Shown one piece after another: positions 22,985 through 33,345 of a stretch of 64,000 nucleotides of DNA (positions are counted from its first letter, which is position 1; every line of letters starts with the position of its first letter). Location of the stretch: NCBI GenBank assembly GCA_965237955.1, contig OZ250169.1, positions 7,552,001 through 7,616,000 on the forward strand. The letters run 5' to 3'. The notes beneath the pieces were generated by a model that saw nothing but the letters and a program-made list of their open reading frames with translations, ran no database searches and was not told the DNA's origin. The position numbers and the translations under genes are program-made. This stretch comes from Candidatus Marinacidobacterales bacterium. GTDB taxonomy: Bacteria > Acidobacteriota > Vicinamibacteria > Marinacidobacterales > SMYC01.

Positions 22985-23008
22985 GCCATTGTTATATGAT
23001 TCTCGAAC

Positions 23009-24847
23009 GTGTTCCTTCAACCACGACGCGTTTTTCTGCTCGCGCCACTGCTGTTCGTCGTCGCGTGCGCGCCCGACACGACCGAGCTGGAAACGACGTT
23101 TCGCTTCGCCGACCACGTGAACGGCTCGCCTTCGACCTTCACCCGCGCGGAGCTCCCATCACTGCGTGATGCCAGCTACCAGATGGGACGGGTGACGCTC
23201 CGCGGCGAGACGCGAGCGTCTTTGTCGGTGCCGGCAGCGACCCGCTCGAGCTTCGCCGTCGATGTTCCCGCGCACGGCGTGCTCAGGTTCGCCATCGCTG
23301 CTGCGACGCTGACGAAGCCTGCATTCCGGACACCGATCGCGTTCATGGTTAGGCTCGAGAGCGACGAGGGCGACGAGATCGTTTTCCGTGAGTCCATCGC
23401 GCGCTCCGAGCGCAACCGCTGGCACGATCGCGAAATCGATCTCGCCGCCTGGGGCGGACGAAAAGTCCAGGTTGCGTTCGAAACCGTCGCCTCGACGGAG
23501 GACCCCGACATCTTCCCTCTCTGGGGAAACCCGGTCCTCACGACTTCCGATGACCACCCGGGCCTGCCGAAGCTCATCCTGATCTCAATCGACTGCCTGA
23601 GGGCCGATCACGTTGGCGCCTACGGTTACCACCGGGCCACCACGCCGCACGTCGACAGGTTTGCAGATGACGGGGTCGTCTTCGAAACCGCCATCGCGAC
23701 GTCGGCGACGACTCTACCGACTCACATGTCGATGTTCACCGGTTTCACGCCGTCGGAGCACGGGGCGAGCAATCGACACATGTTGAGCGACGCGGTGCCT
23801 TACCTTCCCGAGCTACTCGCCTCCGCCGGGTTTCAGGTGGACGGCGTCGTCTCGGGGGCGTACCTCGCCCAAAACTTCGGCTTCGAGCGAGGCTTCCACT
23901 CCTATCGTTCGCTCCGACGTCCGCGGGCAGCTGAAACCGTCGATGCAGCGTTGAGCGTTTTGGACCGGGACCGAGGTCAAGCGCACTTCTTGTTCTTGCA
24001 CTTGATCGATGCTCACTGGCCGTACGAGCCTCCCCCGGAGTTCGAAGAGCACTTCGGACCGATCCGCGCCAACGTTCCCGCTATGCTAAAGAAGGTGCTC
24101 GAGCAGATACCGCCGGAGGATCCCGTCGAGATCGAGCAAGCGATCGATCTCTACGACGCCGAGATCGCCTATGCGGACCAGGAGCTCGGTCGCTTTTTCG
24201 ATGAGCTCGTGAAAAGAGATCTCTATGAGAACGCGTTCATCATCGTGACGGCGGATCACGGCGAAGCGTTTTACGAGCACGACAACTGGCAACACGGCTG
24301 GACCCTGTACGAGGAGATCGTGCACGTGCCGCTCATCATCAAATGGCCCGAGAGCTCGAGGCGAGGCCGAGTCGAATCTCTGGTGAGCCAGGTCGACCTC
24401 TTCGCGACGATCCTCGGGCGAGCCGGCATTGCACCTCCCCATGCGCGTGCCCGTGACCTGGAGCCATATGCGGACGGAGCGAGAGACATCGACGCACGGA
24501 GAGTGGCCATCAGCGAGTTCACTTCGAATCCCGCTCCGGGCAAGCGTGCCACGAAACACGTTTCCCTCCGAACGCGGGACACGAAGTACATCGGGACGTT
24601 TCGCACCGGCGAGGACGAGCTGAGTGTCGAAGAGATTGCACGGGATGAGCTGTACGATCTCGTCCGCGACCCCGACGAAATGCACAACATCATCCTCCAA
24701 GCGCCGCAACACCTGGAATCCTATCGTCGAAACCTGGGCGCGTACCTCGACGAGGCACGGATTTATCGTAGCTGGAAAGAGGGCGAAGTCATCATCGAGA
24801 ACGAATCGATCCGCGACAGGCTCAGAGCTCTCGGTTATCTGCAGTGA
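23009..24847 (+). CDS. Sulfatase-like lipoprotein (intact)
   Basis: VVAC lipobox; SIDCLRAD, TTLPTHMSMFTG, DAHWPY, TADHGE, LRALGYLQ. Confidence 0.92.
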   Translation: MFLQPRRVFLLAPLLFVVACAPDTTELETTFRFADHVNGSPSTFTRAELPSLRDASYQMGRVTLRGETRASLSVPAATRSSFAVDVPAHGVLRFAIAAATLTKPAFRTPIAFMVRLESDEGDEIVFRESIARSERNRWHDREIDLAAWGGRKVQVAFETVASTEDPDIFPLWGNPVLTTSDDHPGLPKLILISIDCLRADHVGAYGYHRATTPHVDRFADDGVVFETAIATSATTLPTHMSMFTGFTPSEHGASNRHMLSDAVPYLPELLASAGFQVDGVVSGAYLAQNFGFERGFHSYRSLRRPRAAETVDAALSVLDRDRGQAHFLFLHLIDAHWPYEPPPEFEEHFGPIRANVPAMLKKVLEQIPPEDPVEIEQAIDLYDAEIAYADQELGRFFDELVKRDLYENAFIIVTADHGEAFYEHDNWQHGWTLYEEIVHVPLIIKWPESSRRGRVESLVSQVDLFATILGRAGIAPPHARARDLEPYADGARDIDARRVAISEFTSNPAPGKRATKHVSLRTRDTKYIGTFRTGEDELSVEEIARDELYDLVRDPDEMHNIILQAPQHLESYRRNLGAYLDEARIYRSWKEGEVIIENESIRDRLRALGYLQ

Positions 24848-25059
24848 TCGAAATGGCCGGAGTCTTGCGTGACCGGCGAGCGCAACTGTATGATTTCGCG
24901 GAATGTTACTCCATCCCGAGCCGCGAAAAAGCCGCCGTCGAGCCCGATGGGCCGGCTAAGGTCGTTCCGGCGCACGGCAGGCTCGGTCGCGTCCCTGAAG
25001 GATGAGCTCACGACTCCACGAAGGTTCCTGAGCGCAGAGGCTGACCCCAATGGGAGCCA

Positions 25060-27186
25060 CTATCCGGGTTCGTCAGATTCCCGAGGGCCGACGGAGACGC
25101 GATCCACGCGGACGCCCTGCGACGCAGGCTCGCCGGCCCGGGACCAGACCGGCGCATGGAGACGAATCACGATCGCTTCGCCCGGCTCTGTTTCGAAATC
25201 CAACTCGTAGGCACGGATCGTCCGGTCGAGCACGAAAGGCTGTACCCTGCCCCCGTTCACGCGGACTTCGACGTTCGGGCTCGGGAGGATCGATGGGTAC
25301 GGCGATCCCATCTCGATCACGAGCCGGTGACGGGACGCCGGGTACGTCGGGACCAGCCGAATCCAGGACGTGTCGCGGGTCCAGCGGTGAAAACCGGGAG
25401 GCGCCACGCCGGCCTCGCTCTTCTGCAACAAAGGCGATCGGGACTCGCGAAGCTTTGCTCGCTCATCGCCTCTCGGATGCATGAAGCCGCGCACCGCTCC
25501 ATAGTCTCCCCATCCGAGCTGAATCACGTCCGTTTGGGGAGGTGGAAGCTCGCGCCAAGCGATCTCCAACATGAGCCGCGGGTCGACGTTCCACGACGCA
25601 CGGTCGGCGCTTCGGATCGCGTCAGTGAGCTCGTCGAGCTCGTCGAGGTCGTCGTCCCGGCCCGCCTCTCGCAACAGCTGAGGCAAAACGACGCGGGGCG
25701 TCCAATTCAGAGAAGCGACTTCCTGCGCTCGTTGGTAAGCCTCGATCGCCTCCTCGGCCCGCCGCTCCCGCGCGAGCCAGTGACCGTAGTCGAGCCACGG
25801 TCGCGGCGAGCGCCCGGCGACATCGGCGGCCCGGCGGACCTCGCGACGCGCTTCGTCGATCGCCCCCTGCTCGACGAGCTCCGGTACGGAACGTAGCATC
25901 CACGAGCTCCGCGCGCCTCGAGCCGCCGGAGCCCAATAGGGATGTACGGTGATGAGTGCGACGACGACACCGAGCGATAGCCCCACGTAAGTCGCGACAC
26001 GTCGCCCCTCGGCGAACAGAACAAGAACGCCGCCTGCTGCTCCCGCGAACAAGAACGGGAAGAACACGTTCCGATAGCGAAGCTCGTTGTGGAAGAGCAC
26101 CACGACCATCAGCAGGTAGTAGCCAACCCACAAAAGCGTGAGCCGACGCGCCGGCGATGGACGGCCGGACAAAAGCCAGGGGAAGAACAACACCACGCCG
26201 GCAATCAGCGGAATATCGCCGAACAAAACGTGCGCTGGATGTCGCCATGCCGGTTCGGGGTAGTCGATACCGAGCCAACCGTGCAGGCCGTCGGGTCTCA
26301 GGAAGTGCCAGAAGTTCGTCGACACTTTCCTGGCGAAATGATCGGGACGCTCTCGAATGCCTCGAAGCGCGACGTCCACCGCGAGAGCTCGTCGGTTCGG
26401 CCCCGGTCCCAGCCTGCGGACTTCGGCTTTCATCGCCCGCCGCGGCTCGTTGTCGTTGTAGAGATTGAAGAACGAGACCGTCTCGATGAGAACCGGATCT
26501 CCGATCACGAAAATGTTGCGCGCCGTCCATGGCAGGATAACGACCGAACCACCGAGGCCTATGAAGACGGCGAACACCCAGTTGCGACGCGCTTCGTCGA
26601 GCGAGACATCACGCAGAAAGAGCCGCCACAAGAATACGATCGCGAAAAAGACCGAGGACACGGCGCGCGTCATCGCGGAGAGGCCGAGAACGACCCCGGC
26701 GCCGAAAGCTCTCCCGCGACCGGGTGCGTCCGATTCCCGTAGGAGCAGAACGCTCGCCACCATGAACAGCGCGGTGTGCAAGTTCTCCGTCAGCGTCCAG
26801 TTGAGTAGCTCGATCGAAGTCCAGAAAAATATGTAGACGACGCCCGCCAAAAAACCCCAGGGTCCTGCGAGCCGTCTTCCGAGGATCGCGACCGAGACTG
26901 CGACGATGGCATCCAGCACCGCGTGAATGATCCGAAACGTCAGCAGGTCGGCGCCGACGACTTCGAACAGCGCAGCGAGCACCAAGTAGTAAAGAGGCGC
27001 GACCGTCCAACTCTGCCATAAGCGCCACTCGTCACTGCCGAGAATGAACGCCAGAGGCTCGGGGTGCTCGATGATCCTGAGAGCGTTGTTGTAATAGCTG
27101 TAAGGGTGGCCGTACAGAATCGGTAGATCTTGAGCTACGAGAAGAACGATCCTGACGAGAAACGCTACAACAAACACGCTGGAAAG
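25060..27186 (-). pseudogene. C-terminal part of a PA14/GT-C/TPR membrane protein, separated from its N-terminus by an inversion
   Basis: TM region with TENL and LPWTARN, TPR-like helix pair, beta domain; no own start; joins 27640-28398 in frame after re-inversion. Confidence 0.85.
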
Positions 27187-27649
27187 CGTGGGCGGACTAC
27201 CGCCGGAGCCCGATCTCGACCGCGCGCAACAACTCGTCGAGAAGCTATCGCTCGCCGAGCGGGTCACGTTTCGAGGTTTCGTGCCAGTCCCCGAGCTCGA
27301 CGGTGAGCGACGCAAGGCTTCGATCTTCGTCATTCCCAACGTGGACTCGACGACGGCGCGGCTGTTTACTTCGCCTCTCAAGCTCTTCGAGGCCATGGCG
27401 TCCGGTCGGCCCATCGTTTCTTCCGATTTGCCTTCGATGCGCGAAGTTCTCACCCACGACGAGAACGCGCTTCTCGTGCCTCCTGGAGATTCGCACGCGC
27501 TCGCGGCGGCGATCGAGCGACTCCTCGCCGATGGTGAGCTCGGAGCACGTCTTGCGGCCAGGGCCTTCGAAGACGTGAAGGCCTACACCTGGGATCGCCG
27601 CGCCGAGGCTATCGAGACGTTTGCGAACGGGCTGGTCGGATGCAGCTGA
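27187..27649 (+). pseudogene. C-terminal half of GT4 glycosyltransferase (inside inversion)
   Basis: VTFRGFV, SPLKLFEAMASGRPIVSSD, YTWDRRA. Confidence 0.88.
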
Positions 27650-28398
27650 CGTTTGTCGTTCTCGCGGTTCTGGCTTTGTTACCGCTGTTCCTTCCTGCAC
27701 GCAACAGAAGGGTGCGGATGAGCAAGCTCGCCGCGCTGGTCATTCTGCTGGCGCTGGCGGTCTTCGTTGTCCCGCCGCTCTTTTCGGGCTTTCAGAAGCT
27801 CCATGCGCCGCTTCGAGCTCGACTGGATGGTCGCGAGCTCGATTTTGGCTCACTGGGGCTCGAGGATCGGCGTGCCCTCAACCGGCTCGCGGGCCGCCGC
27901 CGCAATGTCGAGCTCGACATCACCGGCTTCCTCTACGCCCCTAGCAACGGGGAGTACGAGCTCGCGCTTTCCTGCGACGACCGGTGCTCGCTCACGCTCG
28001 ACGGAGAGGAAGTGCTGGCGACAGAGAGAAACGCGTCGACGCCGATCGAGCTCGAGCGCGGACTGCACGCGCTACAAATCGACTACGCTCAGAGCGGTGG
28101 GCCGGCCCACTTGAGCCTCGCCTGGTCACGCCCCGGCATCCTGAATCTGCTGCCGTTGCCTCAATTCGTGGTCGGGCGGGCCGAGGCATGGACGGCGTGG
28201 ACGCTCACACTCAAAAGGCTGAAGCTCGTCGCCGTTGTAATAGGAGCCCTTCTCGTCTATGGGGGGCTCTTCTGCGTGTGGGTGACGACAGCTCCGGCGC
28301 TACGGCGGGAGCTGGTCCGAGCCTGGCGTCTGTGGTGGGAAGCGTCGCTTCGAACCATCAAAAAACCAGTCGCGATCCCTCGCGCCGAGCTCGTCAAG
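27640..28398 (+). pseudogene. N-terminal PA14-domain half of the membrane protein (inside inversion)
   Basis: TGFLYAP..GEY.L.LSCDD...L.LDG, GLHAL.IDY.Q.GG. Confidence 0.8.
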
Positions 28399-29107
28399 CG
28401 ACGACGAGCTCGGCGCCATCGATTTCCGCCATCGCTCGGATCAGAACGTCGATGCCTTTCCATGGATAGAGCTGACCGATGTAGAAGACTTTCGCGCCGG
28501 TATCACCGTCAACGGGGGTAATGGGGGGAGGTATCGTGTCCACCGAGCGGCAGCCATCGGCGATGACGAGAGAGCTCGTGCCTTCGCCATGTCGTTTTTC
28601 TAGCGCATCCAAGAGCGCGGCGGTAATCGCAACCGTGCCTGAGGCTTTTCGCCACACGCGACGTTCGCGCGCATCGAGTCTCCGGAGCTTCGTCGCCGAC
28701 GGCGGGTCGCGTCCCTCGTACATCTGGGCCCGTTCTTCCGCGAACACCGCGGCGACGGTGTGCGCTTCATAGACGATGGTGGCGTCCGCGATCTTCAACG
28801 CGAGATCGGCGAGCACGAGATCGCGCGTGTAGACAACGTCTCTCCGGTCCGAGCGGAGAAGAAGCGTCAAAGCGTACGCGAGAAACCCGAGACGCCCCGG
28901 TAGAAGAACGCGCCGCAAGCGGAGATTCTTCACCGGGGCAAGACCATAAAACGCGAGACACGCTTCATCGGAGCGCGCGTCCGAGCGACGCACGGCGAGC
29001 TCGACCTCGACGCCGCGCCGCGCCAGTGCGTGGCAGGTTTCGATGGTCTGGATCCCGTTGGCCCGCTCCATCGGAAAGCGAATGTCGGCGAGATACAGGA
29101 GTCTCAT
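28399..29107 (-). pseudogene. N-terminal half of GT4 glycosyltransferase
   Basis: MRLLYLAD...ANGIQ, IVYEAH, YIGQLYPWKG; ATGA coupling with the upstream gene. Confidence 0.88.
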
Positions 29108-30756
29108 GAGCCGTCCACGATCTCGTACACGACGTCGTTTCCGATACGAATGCGCACCGGCATTTTCTCGCGGTAGCGGAACATCTCGGCTTCGAGATGG
29201 CGCCGTCGCGGTTGCGGGATCCGGTCGTAGTGGATGATGACGTAGCGAACCGGCGCGCGCTCGAGGAGATAGCGCAAGATGCGCGACGTCGGAAAGTGAC
29301 GTAGGCGCCCGACGAGCTCCCAGTAGTCGTTCGGCCACCAGCCGCTGAAGCCATTGACGAGCGGCTTCCAGTGGACCGTCGAGTAGTACATATAGAGAGA
29401 CTCTTCGATGATCTCTTCACTTTCGTGGATGGGAAGCGTCAGGATGGCCCCTTCCGATGCGATCTTCCCGAGCTCCTCATAGATCGCTGGAACGGCTGGC
29501 GCTTCCGGCATCGCACGAGCTAGTGAGTAGGTTGAGTAGTCGAAGAGCATGAGCGCGACAACGCCTGCACCTACCCAAGCTCGTCGGCGCCGAACGAGCG
29601 ACAACACGCCGGAAACACCGTAGCCCACGAGAACCGAGCCGCCTATTAGTGCTAGCACCGAAATGCGCGCCGGCACCCGCATACCCGCGAACCCCGGCAC
29701 GTGCCGATAGAAGAACCGGTAGGGCATGGGAGCTCCGGAAGCGGTCTCCGGCCCGAGCGACAACACAACGGCTAGAGCGGTAAGGACGGTACAAAAGATC
29801 CAGAAAACACGACGCGTGGGCTCGCGCCCCCGGCCCCAATAGATACCGAGCGCGGCGAGAACCATCGCCATGAACCCCGGATAGAGCGCCTTCTCCGATC
29901 GCAGCTGGGGAGGCAGCAACCTTACGTGAGGCGCTTTGTTGTAGGCGCTCGGCCGGAAGTAATCCGATGGCGCGGCGGAGAACTGAACCACGTCTTCATA
30001 ACGCCGGTAGAAACCACGATCGCGATTGCGCTGGTACGGAAGGAGGAACGGTAGCGCAACGATGAAGACGGTGAGTGCGCCGAATGCGAGCTCGACGATG
30101 CGGCGCCCGTTCAGAAGCGAGCGTCCAAGAGCAAGAAGAACAACACCGAAAACGACGACCGCGAATGTCAGGTACACCGCATAGTAGTTACACGAAAGAA
30201 CCTGAAGCAGAGAGAACAAAACCACGCCGGCGAGCCAGCGGCGCCCGCCGTTTTCGAGATAGCGAACGAGACACCAGAACACGAACGGGAACCACTGGAA
30301 GGTGAGGAGCTGAACGTGGAACAAATGCAAGAACCGGTACGGCGCAGCAAGAAACACGGTTCCCGCGGCGAGCGCGGCCCAACCGTTGTCGGTGAGCTCA
30401 CGCACCAGCAGATACATGCCGAGGCCGGATAGCGCGAACGAAAGCACGACGGCGACGTTATAGGCGAGAACGAGATTCTCTGTCGCGACATAGAACGGCC
30501 AAACGACGGCCGCGATGCCGAAGAGGTGCTCGGAGTAAGCGAGCGTGTCCGGCCGCGGTGAGAAGATGTTTGCATCGAATAGCGAAAGCGGAGCCTCGGG
30601 CAAGATGTGAAAGTTCCACCCGAGGGCCCAGTAGTTCAAGAGCGAGTCCGGGCTTGCGCTCAATGCGGTCGTGAGACGCGCCGCGAGAGGCCACGTTAGC
30701 CAGAGGGTAGTCGCGAAAAAATAAGCGGCGGCGCACCAAGAGCTCTTCGTGCTCAT
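29104..30756 (-). CDS. YfhO-like GT-C membrane protein (intact)
   Basis: PDSLLN, FDANIF.P, AYSEH, MRVPAR, YSTVHWKPLVNGFSG. Confidence 0.82.
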   Translation of the reverse strand: MSTKSSWCAAAYFFATTLWLTWPLAARLTTALSASPDSLLNYWALGWNFHILPEAPLSLFDANIFSPRPDTLAYSEHLFGIAAVVWPFYVATENLVLAYNVAVVLSFALSGLGMYLLVRELTDNGWAALAAGTVFLAAPYRFLHLFHVQLLTFQWFPFVFWCLVRYLENGGRRWLAGVVLFSLLQVLSCNYYAVYLTFAVVVFGVVLLALGRSLLNGRRIVELAFGALTVFIVALPFLLPYQRNRDRGFYRRYEDVVQFSAAPSDYFRPSAYNKAPHVRLLPPQLRSEKALYPGFMAMVLAALGIYWGRGREPTRRVFWIFCTVLTALAVVLSLGPETASGAPMPYRFFYRHVPGFAGMRVPARISVLALIGGSVLVGYGVSGVLSLVRRRRAWVGAGVVALMLFDYSTYSLARAMPEAPAVPAIYEELGKIASEGAILTLPIHESEEIIEESLYMYYSTVHWKPLVNGFSGWWPNDYWELVGRLRHFPTSRILRYLLERAPVRYVIIHYDRIPQPRRRHLEAEMFRYREKMPVRIRIGNDVVYEIVDGS

Positions 30757-30799
30757 TCGGCGACCATCATATCGGAAGGCGGTAGAATGAGGCGCGCTC

Positions 30800-33298
30800 A
30801 TGAAGAGGCTTCGCGTCCTTGTCGTTGTTGCCGTTCTTGCGCTGGGGTTTGCGCTTCAAATCTATTTCTCGAGCTCTTACCCGCAGCCGATCCTGTTCGG
30901 CGACCCGGGCGCCTACTACGTCGTCGGCCAAAAACTCCAACAAGCCGTCGAGCGTCTGAGAGCGGGCGACGACATCGCGACCGTCTACGAATCCGTGCGC
31001 GGCGTTCTCTATTTCGCCGGAGTCGGGTCGGTCTATGGCATTATCGACTCACTGTCGCCGCAGAATATTCCCTACTTCCGGGCCGTGCTGAGTGTCTTCA
31101 ACACGCTCGCGATGCTCGGTTGTTTCTACCTGGCGCGACGCCTGGCGGGCTCTTACTGGGGTGGCCTCACGGCGCTGGTCCTTGCCGCCATATACCCGCC
31201 GTTCTCGGTTCAAACGGGATGCCTGTTTCCCGACCCGATCACCGGATGCCTGTTCGTATGGTCGGCGTACTTCTACTTGCGAGGTATCCAGGATCGCAGC
31301 AACGGTTTCATGGTCGCCTCTGGTCTCGCTCTCACCGGAGCCCTTTTCATTCGCTCACAACTCTTCAACTACGTCATCGTCTTGTTGCTGATCACGGTCG
31401 CGGCCACCGCCTTGTGGTGGTGGCGCGATCAGAGGAGGCTCGTCGCCGCGCTACTAATAGGCTCTTTGCCGTTCACGATGCTCTGGCTCGGCATCGTCCG
31501 CTCGGTAGGCGACGACGTCGAAGAGATCGAAGCGTTCGGCAACTTCACGTTCAAAAAGCAATATCCGTACGGCTTCTGGCAGTTTCTCGATTCGGACGGG
31601 TGGATGGGCCCCTACCGTCTCCGCCAAGAGCCGTACTACCGCGCGATGGAGGCGAAGGCAGAAGACGATCCGGGGCTTCTCGAGTCGTATCCGCGTCAAC
31701 TCGCTTTCACGGCGCGATACGTTGTCTCGCGGCCCACCGAATCGATCGCGGTTGTCCTCGACAACGTGTTGCGCCTTTATGATCGGCCCGCGAACGATTA
31801 CAAGTGGGACTACCCGTTCAGCTACTCCACACAAGTGATCTACCAGAGACTACTCGTCGTGCTCTCGGTGGTCGGCTTCGTCGTCGTGACATCGCGTCAC
31901 CCGAGCCGCGTTTTCGTGTTCTTCGTACCCGCGTGCCTGGCGCTTCTCCACGGGCTCAGCTATCCGTGGCCGCGCTTCAACCAGCCTGCGATGCCGATTC
32001 TCATCGCGGTTGCGGGCGCGGCCGCGTACTGGGGCTGGTGCCGGCGTCCCCGGCGATGGCGACCGCTCATCCTCGCGGCAGTTGCAAGCGCTTTTCTCTT
32101 CACTCTCGGCGCACTCTCGCGGGCGTCGCTTCCGGAGCTAACGCGCGTTTTGTTCGCGGTCGGGCGCATCGCTTTCTTGGCGATTCCGTTCGTTTTCGCC
32201 GCGTTTTGTGAGAACGACCGGCGCGCTCGCGTGCTCGCCGCAGGAGCTTGGCTCAGCCTCGCGTTGCTCGTGACGGTCCACGACTTGCGAAGCCCATCGT
32301 GGCACGAGACATCGGTGCGTCTCGGAAAAGCCCGCCAACAGATCGCTTTGTCGCACGAGGCACTTCGAGAAATCAGCGGTGGAAGCGAGGCCTTCGCCGT
32401 CTTCGACCTCCACATACCCGACGGCGATCCGAGCGGCGTTTCCGTGAGCATCAACGGACACGACGTCTCGACCGAGTTGGTGCCGACGATGCCGCGCTTC
32501 GGCGAGTCGCTGGCGGCCGGCGGCCGAAACCGACGAGAGTATCGACAGTGGTGGGCCGTACCCTTGCGGGCGGATCTACTACCGCCATCGGCGCCGGCAC
32601 GGCTCGAGCTCGAGGTGTCCGCAACCGAACGCACAGACGTCGTGCTGTACGGAGATCGTTTTCGCGATCAGGACCGGTTCTACGAAGGGCCGTCGTTCGG
32701 CGACTGGCCTCACCTGGCACAAGTGAAGCTCGAATACGACGGCGACTACCGACTCCCCGTGCGCGTGCCACTGGCGAGAGCGCGTACTGAGGTCGACACC
32801 GCGAGCGTGCATCGCATGCGCGTGATCACGCTGAGCTCGAACGAAGGACGCCTCGTCTGGGAGAGCGAACCGGTGTCAGCGGGAGGGCCGAGGGCGCTCG
32901 CGTTTTTCGCGTACTCGGGCAATCGCGGCGAAGCGGAGATTGCCGTGTCCGGCCAAAGTCTCGCAACGTTCCCTCTCGGAAGCATGGACGATTTCGATAT
33001 CGACGGTCTCTGTCACCGGGCCGAGCCGGCGCGCGGTGGCATGGCGTACGGCGGCTACGTTGTCTTCATCGATGCGGTGGAGGACGGCCCGGTAACGATG
33101 TCGGTGCGTTTCCGATCGGGGATGAGCATCGAGCCCATGTTCTTGAGTCTCGACCAGCGCAACCACGACCTATCAGAGCTCGTGTCGCGCTGCGGTCGTG
33201 AAGACGTTCCGATCGCGGGGCTTTCGAGGATCGTGGAAGCGGAAACAAACAGCTACCCGGCCGATACCGGCCGGTGGTCGGTCGCCAGCGTGTTCTAG
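30800..33298 (+). CDS. Large GT-C-like membrane glycosyltransferase, 832 aa
   Basis: FGDPGAYY loop after TM1, YPPF, many TMs, soluble C-terminal region; TAGAAT at 30783. Confidence 0.75.
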   Translation: MKRLRVLVVVAVLALGFALQIYFSSSYPQPILFGDPGAYYVVGQKLQQAVERLRAGDDIATVYESVRGVLYFAGVGSVYGIIDSLSPQNIPYFRAVLSVFNTLAMLGCFYLARRLAGSYWGGLTALVLAAIYPPFSVQTGCLFPDPITGCLFVWSAYFYLRGIQDRSNGFMVASGLALTGALFIRSQLFNYVIVLLLITVAATALWWWRDQRRLVAALLIGSLPFTMLWLGIVRSVGDDVEEIEAFGNFTFKKQYPYGFWQFLDSDGWMGPYRLRQEPYYRAMEAKAEDDPGLLESYPRQLAFTARYVVSRPTESIAVVLDNVLRLYDRPANDYKWDYPFSYSTQVIYQRLLVVLSVVGFVVVTSRHPSRVFVFFVPACLALLHGLSYPWPRFNQPAMPILIAVAGAAAYWGWCRRPRRWRPLILAAVASAFLFTLGALSRASLPELTRVLFAVGRIAFLAIPFVFAAFCENDRRARVLAAGAWLSLALLVTVHDLRSPSWHETSVRLGKARQQIALSHEALREISGGSEAFAVFDLHIPDGDPSGVSVSINGHDVSTELVPTMPRFGESLAAGGRNRREYRQWWAVPLRADLLPPSAPARLELEVSATERTDVVLYGDRFRDQDRFYEGPSFGDWPHLAQVKLEYDGDYRLPVRVPLARARTEVDTASVHRMRVITLSSNEGRLVWESEPVSAGGPRALAFFAYSGNRGEAEIAVSGQSLATFPLGSMDDFDIDGLCHRAEPARGGMAYGGYVVFIDAVEDGPVTMSVRFRSGMSIEPMFLSLDQRNHDLSELVSRCGREDVPIAGLSRIVEAETNSYPADTGRWSVASVF

Positions 33299-33345
33299 TC
33301 GCTTCAAGCCTCCGATGCAGCCGAAGAGTATAATTTCGCCACGTC

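Larger units (their letters stand above)
27187..28398. other. Inverted segment of about 1212 bp
   Basis: Re-inverting and removing a duplicated CG restores both GAELVV-VGGLP (GT4) and RAELVK-LSSVF (PA14/GT-C). Confidence 0.85.

Noticed and set aside
24848-25059. Possible small gene or remnant between convergent genes
   Set aside because: No recognisable motif, RBS or structure in any frame
27187-28398. Classical recombinase-driven invertible element
   Set aside because: No inverted repeats flank the segment beyond CG, no recombinase is in the window, and a 2-bp duplication hinders clean reversion; kept only as an inversion
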